Shown here: in pieces, positions 22,122-30,621 of the stretch
Position numbering within the stretch: position 1 is the stretch's first letter
Layout: each line of letters begins with the position of its first letter
Origin: an uncultured Pelagibacteraceae bacterium
GTDB lineage: Bacteria > Pseudomonadota > Alphaproteobacteria > Pelagibacterales > Pelagibacteraceae
Direction: 5' to 3'
NCBI GenBank assembly: GCA_902519455.1
Contig: CABYJT010000001.1
Span: 4,028 to 68,027 of the forward strand
Length of the DNA stretch: 64,000 bases
Program-made: the position numbers and the translations under genes
Notes under the pieces: generated by a model
The model's database searches: none
The model's input: only the letters and a program-made list of their open reading frames with translations
What the model was told of the DNA's origin: nothing

Positions 22122-23906
22122 TTGAATAAATATAGAACTCATACCTGTGGGGAATTAACTAAGTTACATAAAGAAAAGGAAATTTCTTTATCTGGCTGGA
22201 TTAACAAAAAAAGAGATCATGGAAATCTTTTATTCATAGATTTAAGAGATAACTTTGGAATTACTCAGTGCGTTATAGACAAAAGTAATGAAATTTTTAA
22301 GAAAATTGAAAAACTTTCTTTGGAAACAGTAATTAAAATTACGGGAATGGTCATAGAGAGATCAGATGAAACAATAAATAAAAATATTTCAACTGGCGAA
22401 ATAGAAGTAAAAATTAAAAATATTGATATCCTTGGGGAAACTAAAGAATTACCAATGCCAGTTTTTTCAGATCAAGAATATTCTGAGGAAATAAGACTTA
22501 AGTATAGATTTTTAGATTTAAGGAGAAAAAAAATACATCAAAACATTATATTAAGATCAAAAGTAATCTCATTTATTAGAAATGAAATGCAAAAACTAGG
22601 TTTTTTAGAATTTCAAACCCCCATATTAACCTCCTCTAGTCCTGAGGGAGCAAGAGATTTTCTTGTTCCAAGTAGATTAAATCCTGGAAAATTTTATGCT
22701 TTACCACAAGCACCTCAGCAATTTAAGCAACTCATAATGGTTTCTGGGTTTGATAAATATTTTCAAATAGCACCATGTTTTAGAGATGAGGATGCAAGAG
22801 CGGATAGAAGTCCTGGAGAATTTTATCAATTAGATGTTGAAATGTCTTTTGTTGAACAAGAAAATGTTTTTGACGTGATAGAAACTTTATTTTTAAAATT
22901 ATTTAAAACATTCAGCAATAAAAAAATCCTTCATGAAAAGTTTCCAAGAATTACTTATGAAGATGCAATGCTAAAATATGGATCAGACAAACCAGATTTA
23001 AGAAATCCATTGGAAATTACAGATTTAACAAATATTTTTGAGAGAGAGGATGTAAAATTTGAAATATTTAAGAAATTAGTTGAAAAAGGCTCCATAGTTA
23101 GAGCGTTAGTTACTAGAAACACAAAGGATAAACCTAGAAGTTTCTTTGATGGGATTGATAAATGGGCAAAAGACCAAGGTTCGTCTGGTCTTGCATATTT
23201 TACATTAGAAAAAGAGAATAATATAAGTGCGAAAGGACCGATTGGAAAATTTTTTTCAGAATCCTCATTGATCGAAATCATAAGTCAAACCAAGGCAAAT
23301 ATTGGAGATACTATTTTTCTTTCTTGTGGAAAAAAAGATGATGTAGAAAAAATATTAAGTGTTGCAAGAAATAAAATAGCTGAGGATTTAGATTTAATTG
23401 ATAATGAAATATTTTCATTTTGTTGGATAGTCGATTATCCCATGTACGAGATTGATGAAACAACAAAAAAAATTAAATTTAGTCATAATCCATTTTCCAT
23501 GCCACAAGGAGAATTAAATAAATTAGACCTTTCTAATCCTTTAAATATAAAAGCCTATCAATATGATATTGTTTGTAATGGTGTAGAACTATCATCAGGG
23601 GCTATAAGAAACCATGTTCCTGAATTAATGTACAAATTATTTGAAATTGCTGGTTACACAAAAAATGATGTTAATAATAAATTTAGTGGAATGATAAATG
23701 CCTTAAGTTATGGAGCACCACCCCACGGAGGAATAGCTCCAGGGATTGATAGAATTGTTATGCTTTTGGCAAATGAAAAAAACATAAGAGAAGTTACTAT
23801 GTTCCCAATGAATCAAACTGCACAAGATTTGATGATGAATGCACCGTCTGAAATTTCAGAAGAGCAATTAAACGAGTTAAATTTAACTATTAAAAAGAAA
23901 AAATAA
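22122..23906 (+). CDS. aspS: Aspartate-tRNA ligase, probably non-discriminating Asp/Asn (TTG start)
   Basis: YRTHTCG, RDHG, LPQAPQQFKQ, FRDED, GAPPHGG. Confidence 0.97.
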   Translation: MNKYRTHTCGELTKLHKEKEISLSGWINKKRDHGNLLFIDLRDNFGITQCVIDKSNEIFKKIEKLSLETVIKITGMVIERSDETINKNISTGEIEVKIKNIDILGETKELPMPVFSDQEYSEEIRLKYRFLDLRRKKIHQNIILRSKVISFIRNEMQKLGFLEFQTPILTSSSPEGARDFLVPSRLNPGKFYALPQAPQQFKQLIMVSGFDKYFQIAPCFRDEDARADRSPGEFYQLDVEMSFVEQENVFDVIETLFLKLFKTFSNKKILHEKFPRITYEDAMLKYGSDKPDLRNPLEITDLTNIFEREDVKFEIFKKLVEKGSIVRALVTRNTKDKPRSFFDGIDKWAKDQGSSGLAYFTLEKENNISAKGPIGKFFSESSLIEIISQTKANIGDTIFLSCGKKDDVEKILSVARNKIAEDLDLIDNEIFSFCWIVDYPMYEIDETTKKIKFSHNPFSMPQGELNKLDLSNPLNIKAYQYDIVCNGVELSSGAIRNHVPELMYKLFEIAGYTKNDVNNKFSGMINALSYGAPPHGGIAPGIDRIVMLLANEKNIREVTMFPMNQTAQDLMMNAPSEISEEQLNELNLTIKKKK

Positions 23907-24731
23907 TTATTTTTTTCCTTTTAGATTTATTTTTATATCTGATAAATCTACTAACTTCTTTTTATATTTACTTCTAACAAAACCTTTACTTGTAATGTCT
24001 TTTACTAATTTTAAGAATTGGGTTTTATCTTCACTATTCTCATATGTTTCTGCTTCATCAAAATTTTCAGATCCTCCTATAGAAGGAGTATGAGCAAGAT
24101 CTTCTCTGTTTAGATATGATATTGCTAATTCTCTAAATATATAATCTAGAATTGATGTTGCACTTAGTATTCTATCGTTTCCAAACACTTTTCCTGAAGG
24201 CTCAAATTTAGTATCTACAAAAGCATTTACAAACTCGTCCAAAGGAACTCCATATTGCAATCCAAGAGATACCGCTATAGCAAAGTTGTTCATTGTAGCT
24301 TTAACTAGTTCACCTTCTTTGCTAGTATCTATAAATATTTCACCTATTTTACCATCTTCATATTCACCTGTATGAAGGTATACTTTATGATCTCCAATCG
24401 ATGCTTTTTGTATGTATCCCTTTCTTCTATCTGGCATACTAAATCTTCTGCCATTATTATCTTTAATATTTTTAGTCAGCATTTCTTGGTTAATTTTAAG
24501 ACTATTTTTTTGTTCAGGTTTAGGAAGGTCTTTTTCAACAACATTTATCTTATTTTTTTCAATTTTTTCTAAATTTTTAGTTTTCCTGTTATCTAGTTTT
24601 ACATCTAATATTTCAAATTTTCCGTCATCTCTTTTCTCTATATTTTGTATATTTTTTTCATCAATATCATCAAGATAATGACTTACTTTGAAACTACAGG
24701 TGTAGTACGTCTCTACTAAATATTTTGCCAT
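23907..24731 (-). CDS. Stand-alone protein resembling the C-terminal (TSCPD-like) domain of class II ribonucleotide reductase NrdJ
   Basis: [37 protein letters not shown]...[16 protein letters not shown]...[15 protein letters not shown] resembles the alphaproteobacterial NrdJ C-terminal region; no catalytic barrel. Confidence 0.75.
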   Translation of the reverse strand: MAKYLVETYYTCSFKVSHYLDDIDEKNIQNIEKRDDGKFEILDVKLDNRKTKNLEKIEKNKINVVEKDLPKPEQKNSLKINQEMLTKNIKDNNGRRFSMPDRRKGYIQKASIGDHKVYLHTGEYEDGKIGEIFIDTSKEGELVKATMNNFAIAVSLGLQYGVPLDEFVNAFVDTKFEPSGKVFGNDRILSATSILDYIFRELAISYLNREDLAHTPSIGGSENFDEAETYENSEDKTQFLKLVKDITSKGFVRSKYKKKLVDLSDIKINLKGKK

Positions 24732-24847
24732 TTAATTCCCTTATTTATTTATAAAATTGAATCTTAAAGATATAATGTATATAGAAAATTAAAATTTTAG
24801 TCTAATTTAATTTTTACAATTTTAAATTGAAATAAAAATAAATTTTT

Positions 24848-25207
24848 ATGTTGACAGTATTTAAACAAATTTTTACTTGGTGGAATCAACAGACGTTTGG
24901 AACAAGGTTACAAATATTTTTTTCAGGAAAATTAGTAGGGGAAGATAAAAATGGAAATAAATATTATGAAAGCAAATCAGGAAGAAGATGGGTCATTTAT
25001 GATGGTGAAGTTGAGGCATCTAAAATACCTAATGAATGGTATTCATGGATGCACTACATGAATAACAAAATAGAAAATGATCATAATTTAAAAAAATATG
25101 ATTGGCAGAAAGAACATTTGCCCAACCAAACAGGATCAGAAAATTCTTATCATCCAAAAAAATATAATAATGTCATTAAAAAAAAATATAAAAGCTGGAA
25201 AAGTTAA
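24848..25207 (+). CDS. NADH:ubiquinone oxidoreductase NDUFA12 family protein
   Basis: VGEDKNGNKYY...RRWVIY...EASKIPNEWYSWMH...HLPNQTGS. Confidence 0.9.
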   Translation: MLTVFKQIFTWWNQQTFGTRLQIFFSGKLVGEDKNGNKYYESKSGRRWVIYDGEVEASKIPNEWYSWMHYMNNKIENDHNLKKYDWQKEHLPNQTGSENSYHPKKYNNVIKKKYKSWKS

Positions 25208-25574
25208 TTTTTTATTAATAACAGTTTTAAGTATTCTTATAATAAGTAACCTTCATGCTGAGACTTTGCCAAAAAGTGAGACAACTGCAGAATTAAGTAT
25301 TCTTGACAAGGTAAGTTCAAAAAATACAAATATTAAAATTCAAGTTGGAGAAGAATTTTTTTTCCAAAATCTAAATATTAAAGTTTTAAGGTGTTATAAT
25401 TCAGAATTTGATGATGACCCTGAAGTTACTGCATATATGCAAGTAAAGGATACAACAATGAATAATAATGATAAAGTATTTGTTTTTAATGATTGGACAT
25501 TTGCATCAAGCCCATCTATTAGACCGTTTGATCATCCTGTTTATGATGTTTGGTTAAAAAAATGTTATAGCTAA
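25170..25574 (+). CDS. DUF2155 family exported protein
   Basis: LDKVS and WTFASSPSIRPFDHPVYDVWLKKC; the in-frame ATG at 25170 precedes a signal peptide. Confidence 0.85.
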   Translation: MSLKKNIKAGKVNFLLITVLSILIISNLHAETLPKSETTAELSILDKVSSKNTNIKIQVGEEFFFQNLNIKVLRCYNSEFDDDPEVTAYMQVKDTTMNNNDKVFVFNDWTFASSPSIRPFDHPVYDVWLKKCYS

Positions 25575-26908
25575 ATAACTTTTTCTTTATCAAGCCAGCT
25601 TACATTGAAGTCAGATGTGATAAATTTTTTGTTATTTAGTAAAACTTTATGTAGTTCGATTGTGGTCGTTATCCCATCGATCACAAATTCATCAAGGGAT
25701 CTTAACATTCTTTGAATTGCCTCTTGTCTGTTTCTACCATGTGTTATCACTTTACAAACCATACTGTCATAATATGGTGTAATTTTATATCCTTGGTAGA
25801 TAGATCCATCAACTCTTGTTCTGAAGCCGGATGGTTGATGACACATACCTATTTTACCTGGCGAAGGTTGAAAATTGTTGCTCGGATCCTCAGCATTAAT
25901 TCGGCACTCTATTGCATGACCTCTTGGGTTTATATCGCTTTGCTCTAAAGCTGTATCACCTGAAAAAGCTATCCATATTTGCTCTTTTATTATGTCAATG
26001 CCTGTAACCATTTCTGTTACTGGGTGCTCAACTTGCACTCTTGTATTCATCTCTAAAAAATAGAATTTTCCCTCCTCGTATATAAACTCAACTGTTCCAG
26101 CACCTTCATAACCAATTTTACTAACCATACTTACAGTTTTTTCAAATAGATCTTTTCTAATATTATCATCTAAAACTGGACTAGGAGTTTCCTCTATTAG
26201 CTTTTGGTGTCTCCGCTGTACTGAACAATCTCTCTCATGTAAATGAACAGTCCTATTTTTACCTGATAAAACCTGCACTTCAATATGTCTTGGATTTTGA
26301 AAGAATTTTTCAATATAGACCTCATCGTTTCCAAAAAACTTTTTTGCTTCTTGTTTAGCTGTTAAAAAAAGATTTTCAAATTCTTCTAAATTATTAACAA
26401 TTTTCATTCCTTTTCCACCACCTCCGCCAGAGGCCTTTATTAAAACTGGAAAACCTACCTTTTCACATATCCTTTTTGCTTCTTTAATATCTTTAATACC
26501 ACCTTCTGAGCCCTCAATTACTGGAAGTCCATACTCCTTTGCAACTTTTTTGGCTTCAATTTTATCACCCATCATTTTTATTAAATTAGAAGAAGGGCCT
26601 ATAAATTTAATATCATTTTCTTCTAATATTTTTGCAAACTCAAAATTTTCTGACAAAAAACCATAACCAGGATGGACAGCTTCAGCGCCTGTGAGTTCAA
26701 TAGCTGACATAATTGCTGGAATATTTAAATAACTTAATGTTGGTTGATGAGGACCTACACAAATACTTTCATCAGCTAATCTAACATGCATACTCTCCCT
26801 GTCCACATCTGAGTGAATAGCTACTGTTGCAATACCCCATTCTTTGCATGCTCTAATAATACGAACAGCTATTTCTCCTCTATTAGCTATAAGTATTTTT
26901 TTAAACAT
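25571..26908 (-). CDS. accC: Acetyl-CoA carboxylase, biotin carboxylase subunit
   Basis: ANRGEIA, HPGYGFLSEN, ERDCSVQRRHQK, EMNTRVQVEH. Confidence 0.97.
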   Translation of the reverse strand: MFKKILIANRGEIAVRIIRACKEWGIATVAIHSDVDRESMHVRLADESICVGPHQPTLSYLNIPAIMSAIELTGAEAVHPGYGFLSENFEFAKILEENDIKFIGPSSNLIKMMGDKIEAKKVAKEYGLPVIEGSEGGIKDIKEAKRICEKVGFPVLIKASGGGGGKGMKIVNNLEEFENLFLTAKQEAKKFFGNDEVYIEKFFQNPRHIEVQVLSGKNRTVHLHERDCSVQRRHQKLIEETPSPVLDDNIRKDLFEKTVSMVSKIGYEGAGTVEFIYEEGKFYFLEMNTRVQVEHPVTEMVTGIDIIKEQIWIAFSGDTALEQSDINPRGHAIECRINAEDPSNNFQPSPGKIGMCHQPSGFRTRVDGSIYQGYKITPYYDSMVCKVITHGRNRQEAIQRMLRSLDEFVIDGITTTIELHKVLLNNKKFITSDFNVSWLDKEKVI

Positions 26909-26912
26909 TATT

Positions 26913-27335
26913 TTAATCTATAGTTGCAATAGTTTGACCAAACTCAACCGGTTGGCCATCTTCAACGCTAATTTCTTTTACAACTCCATCTAATGGGCTA
27001 GGTACATGATTCATAGTTTTCATTGCTTCAACAATCATAACTGTGTCTCCCTTTTTAATTTTTTGACCTATCTCAATAAATTTCTTACCACCCGGTTCAG
27101 GAGCAAGGTAAGCAGTACCAATGATAGGTGAAGCAATTTTTTTAGAGCTATCAATTGAAACTTCTTCTTTTATAGTCTTTTTTTCATCAGCAAATGCTAA
27201 AGTTTTCTCATTTTTTGTTATCCTAGATTTTGAAACTTTTACCTTAACATCTTTTTCAGTGTACTCAATTTCTGTAAGATTAAATTCCTCTAAATAATCA
27301 TTTAATTCTTTGATAATATTTTTATTAATTTTCAT
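26913..27335 (-). CDS. accB: Biotin carboxyl carrier protein
   Basis: EAMKTMN biotinylation motif. Confidence 0.96.
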   Translation of the reverse strand: MKINKNIIKELNDYLEEFNLTEIEYTEKDVKVKVSKSRITKNEKTLAFADEKKTIKEEVSIDSSKKIASPIIGTAYLAPEPGGKKFIEIGQKIKKGDTVMIVEAMKTMNHVPSPLDGVVKEISVEDGQPVEFGQTIATID

Positions 27336-27768
27336 TTTTTAAGATTTCATGCATAGAATTTATGGCTAAAATATAGCCATTTATACCCAAACCACATATT
27401 ATACCTGTAACTACAGCGCTTATTAGAGACTTATGTCTAAAATCCTCTCTTTTATAAATATTAGATATATGAAGTTCGATGATAGGTTTTTTGAAAATAC
27501 TTAAAGCATCTCTGATAGCTACAGATGTATGACTATACCCAGCAGCATTTATAATAATACCGTCATAATTGTTACGAGATTCTTGGATAATATTAACGAT
27601 GTCCCCTTCAATATTTGATTGTTTGATCTCTATATCAATCCTTAAATCTTTTGCCCTATTTAAACAAATTTCCTCAAGATATTTGTAGTCTTTGCTACCA
27701 TATTGAGTTTGTTCTCTTTCACCTAATAGATTAAGATTAGGTCCATTAATTATTATTAATTTACTCAT
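27325..27768 (-). CDS. aroQ: Type II 3-dehydroquinate dehydratase
   Basis: NGPNLNLLGERE, HTSVAIRDA, ELHISN. Confidence 0.96.
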   Translation of the reverse strand: MSKLIIINGPNLNLLGEREQTQYGSKDYKYLEEICLNRAKDLRIDIEIKQSNIEGDIVNIIQESRNNYDGIIINAAGYSHTSVAIRDALSIFKKPIIELHISNIYKREDFRHKSLISAVVTGIICGLGINGYILAINSMHEILKNEN

Positions 27769-27784
27769 TAAAACTTTATATTAT

Positions 27785-28003
27785 ATGAATAAAAAAAATA
27801 AAATAAAAATAGTAGTAAATGGTAGGCTTTTAACTGTAAATATAAAATATTCTCTAAAAAATCTTGTCGAAAAGTTAAAAACACCGATTAATAAAGTAGC
27901 AATAGAATTAAATGAAGAAATAGTTGATAAAAAAAAATTAAATAAAATTTTTTTGAAAAATAAAGATAAGATAGAAATTGTACATTTTATAGGTGGTGGT
28001 TAA
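27785..28003 (+). CDS. thiS: Thiamine sulfur carrier protein
   Basis: 72 aa ending in IEIVHFIGGG; upstream of thiG. Confidence 0.93.
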   Translation: MNKKNKIKIVVNGRLLTVNIKYSLKNLVEKLKTPINKVAIELNEEIVDKKKLNKIFLKNKDKIEIVHFIGGG

Positions 28004-28776
28004 TGAAATTTGATATTTTAAAAATTGCAAATAAAAATTTTAAATCTAGACTAATTGTTGGCACTGGAAAATACAAAAATATGAAAGAGTGTGCAGAGGC
28101 AATTAAAATTTCAGGTGCTGAAATTGTTACAGTTGCAGTGAGAAGAGTTAACATAACAGATAGATCTAAACCTTTACTAATGGATTATATTGATCCAAAA
28201 AAAATAATGTACTTGCCAAATACAGCAGGTTGTTTTACTTCAAAGGATGCCCTAAGAACATTGAGACTTGCTAGAGAAATTGGAGGCTGGAAAATAGTTA
28301 AATTAGAAGTTTTGGGAGATAAGAAAAATTTATTTCCAGATATGATTGAAACTTTAAAATCTACAGAAGTTTTAACAAAAGAAGGCTTTAAGGTAATGGT
28401 TTATTGTAATGATGATCCACTTATGTGTAAGAGATTAGAAAATTCTGGAGCTTCAGCTATCATGCCGCTAGCCGCTCCAATCGGATCCGGCCTAGGAATT
28501 CAAAACAAAACAAATATAAAAATTTTAAGACATCAAACAAAAGTTCCTTTAATAATTGATGCTGGAATAGGCAAGGCCTCTGACGCTGTTGAAGCTATGG
28601 AAATGGGATGTGATGCAGTATTAATTAATACGGCAATTGCAAAAGCCAAAAATCCTTTTCAAATGGCTGAGTCAATGAAATATGCAGTGATATCTGGAAG
28701 AAAGTCCTTTCTATCAGGAAGCATTACGCCTAGACTTCAAGGATCGCCCTCATCTCCAAAAAAAGGATTAATTTAA
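28003..28776 (+). CDS. thiG: Thiazole synthase
   Basis: SRLIVGTGKY, LPNTAGC, KLEV, MPLAAPIGSG, DAGIG. Confidence 0.97.
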   Translation: MKFDILKIANKNFKSRLIVGTGKYKNMKECAEAIKISGAEIVTVAVRRVNITDRSKPLLMDYIDPKKIMYLPNTAGCFTSKDALRTLRLAREIGGWKIVKLEVLGDKKNLFPDMIETLKSTEVLTKEGFKVMVYCNDDPLMCKRLENSGASAIMPLAAPIGSGLGIQNKTNIKILRHQTKVPLIIDAGIGKASDAVEAMEMGCDAVLINTAIAKAKNPFQMAESMKYAVISGRKSFLSGSITPRLQGSPSSPKKGLI

Positions 28777-30540
28777 TTTCTTTTTATTAAAACTTTTCCT
28801 TTTTTTAAATTTTTTTCTTTTAAAGCTTGATTTGTTTTCTTTCTTTAATTCTTTATTTTTATCAATAGTTTCACCCACAATTTTCTGCAAAGTTTCAATT
28901 TTTTCAATTTTATCCAATACTTTAGATAATTTTGATTTAAATTCTATTTTGTAATCTTGTAGACCTAGTCCTTCGCCAACACTAATGTCTATCTTAATTT
29001 TATTCTTCTTTTTAAAATAATTTAAATCTTCAGAAAAATAATTTTTTATAAAATTAAGTATTTTTTCATTAACACTGACCTCTACTAATTTGGCATTTGT
29101 TTCAAATGTTTTAATTTCAATTAATTTAATTACCTTTAAAGCTAAAGTTTCATTAGTTAGTTTAATTGACCATTTAATATTGCTTTCCCTTAACCTTTGT
29201 CTAGACATCTCAAGTAATCCAAAATTACTTATCCTTCCTATTTGAATTCTTGCCCTATCATTTCTACATTTCTCTTTCAATTTTCTTTCAACTTGTTTAC
29301 GATTATTAAAGCTAAGCATGTCTATGAAATCTATTATTATTAGACCAGATAAATCTCTAATTTTAATTTGCCTAGCAATCTCCTCAGCTGCTTCAAGATT
29401 AGTATCTAGCGCTGTACTCTCAACGTTCTTCTGCTTGATAGACTTACCTGAATTAATATCTATTGATACTAGTGCTTCAGTGGGATTTATTACAATATAA
29501 CCCCCAGAGCTTAGCTTTACCTCTGATTTAAATATTTCAAAAAGTTTTTTTTCAATATTTTCCTTAAAAAATAGAGGTATTTTTTCTCTAAACTTTTTAA
29601 CTTTTTTTAGTTGCTTAGGCATCATAAGCTTCATGTAATTTTTTGCTTTTTGATATCCTTCATTACCTTCAACTATTATATTTTGAGTCTCGTCATCATA
29701 CATATCTCTTATACTTCTTTTTATAATATCACTTTCTTGGTGAATTAAAGATGGAGCAATAGAATTTAATGCATTATCTTTTATTGAGTTCCAAACTATA
29801 ATTAAATTTTTAAGATCACCATCTATCTCATTTTTAGTTTTGTTTGAACCAGCTGTTCTAACTATAATTCCCATCTCTTTTGGAATTTCGATTTCATTTA
29901 AAATTTTCCTGATTTTTTTTCTATCACCAGGATTAAATATTTTTCTAGAAATACCACCTCCTTTGGCTGTGTTGGGCATTAAAACTATATATTTTCCTGC
30001 AATACTAATAAATGTACTAAGCGCTGCTCCTTTAAAACCTCTTTCATCTTTTAGCACTTGAACCAATATGACTTGGTTTGGTTTAATTACCTCTTGAATT
30101 TTATATCTTTTTGAAGGAAATTTTTTTTCATTGTTAATTTTATCTTTACTTTCATCTTCTAATTTTTCGACTGGATCATTTAATTTGACCTCTTCGTTAC
30201 CTTCTAAAATTTGATTTTCATTTTTTTCACTTTCTTTTGATAATTCTTCTCTAACTTTTTTTTCTTCTTCTTTGATTTTATCTAAATCTGTTTGTGGTAG
30301 TTGATAGTAGTCAGATTGAATATCATTGAATGATAAAAAACCATGTCTCTCCCTTCCAAAATCAACAAAAGCTGCTTGCAAAGAAGGTTCTATTCTGCTT
30401 ACTTTTCCTAGGTAAATGTTATTTTTTATTAATGTATTATTTACACTCTCATATTCATAATCTTCGATATGATTATCATTTTTGAGAACAACTCTTGTTT
30501 CATTTGGATGCGATGCATCGATGTATAAATTTTTTGACAT
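28768..30540 (-). CDS. rne: Ribonuclease E (short form)
   Basis: S1 domain (EPSLQAAFVDFG) with the alphaproteobacterial acidic insert, IDINSGK, DLSGLIIIDFIDM, FGLLEMSRQR. Confidence 0.92.
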   Translation of the reverse strand: MSKNLYIDASHPNETRVVLKNDNHIEDYEYESVNNTLIKNNIYLGKVSRIEPSLQAAFVDFGRERHGFLSFNDIQSDYYQLPQTDLDKIKEEEKKVREELSKESEKNENQILEGNEEVKLNDPVEKLEDESKDKINNEKKFPSKRYKIQEVIKPNQVILVQVLKDERGFKGAALSTFISIAGKYIVLMPNTAKGGGISRKIFNPGDRKKIRKILNEIEIPKEMGIIVRTAGSNKTKNEIDGDLKNLIIVWNSIKDNALNSIAPSLIHQESDIIKRSIRDMYDDETQNIIVEGNEGYQKAKNYMKLMMPKQLKKVKKFREKIPLFFKENIEKKLFEIFKSEVKLSSGGYIVINPTEALVSIDINSGKSIKQKNVESTALDTNLEAAEEIARQIKIRDLSGLIIIDFIDMLSFNNRKQVERKLKEKCRNDRARIQIGRISNFGLLEMSRQRLRESNIKWSIKLTNETLALKVIKLIEIKTFETNAKLVEVSVNEKILNFIKNYFSEDLNYFKKKNKIKIDISVGEGLGLQDYKIEFKSKLSKVLDKIEKIETLQKIVGETIDKNKELKKENKSSFKRKKFKKRKSFNKKKLN

Positions 30541-30621
30541 AAATTTTGATTATTTTTCATTTGTTTATTTTTTAATTCGGTGCCTTAACTTTAACAAATT
30601 CAATCAATAATTTATACTAAA

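Noticed and set aside
30440-30560. Out-of-frame upstream ATG overlapping the rne start
   Set aside because: No RBS or conservation evidence; likely chance.
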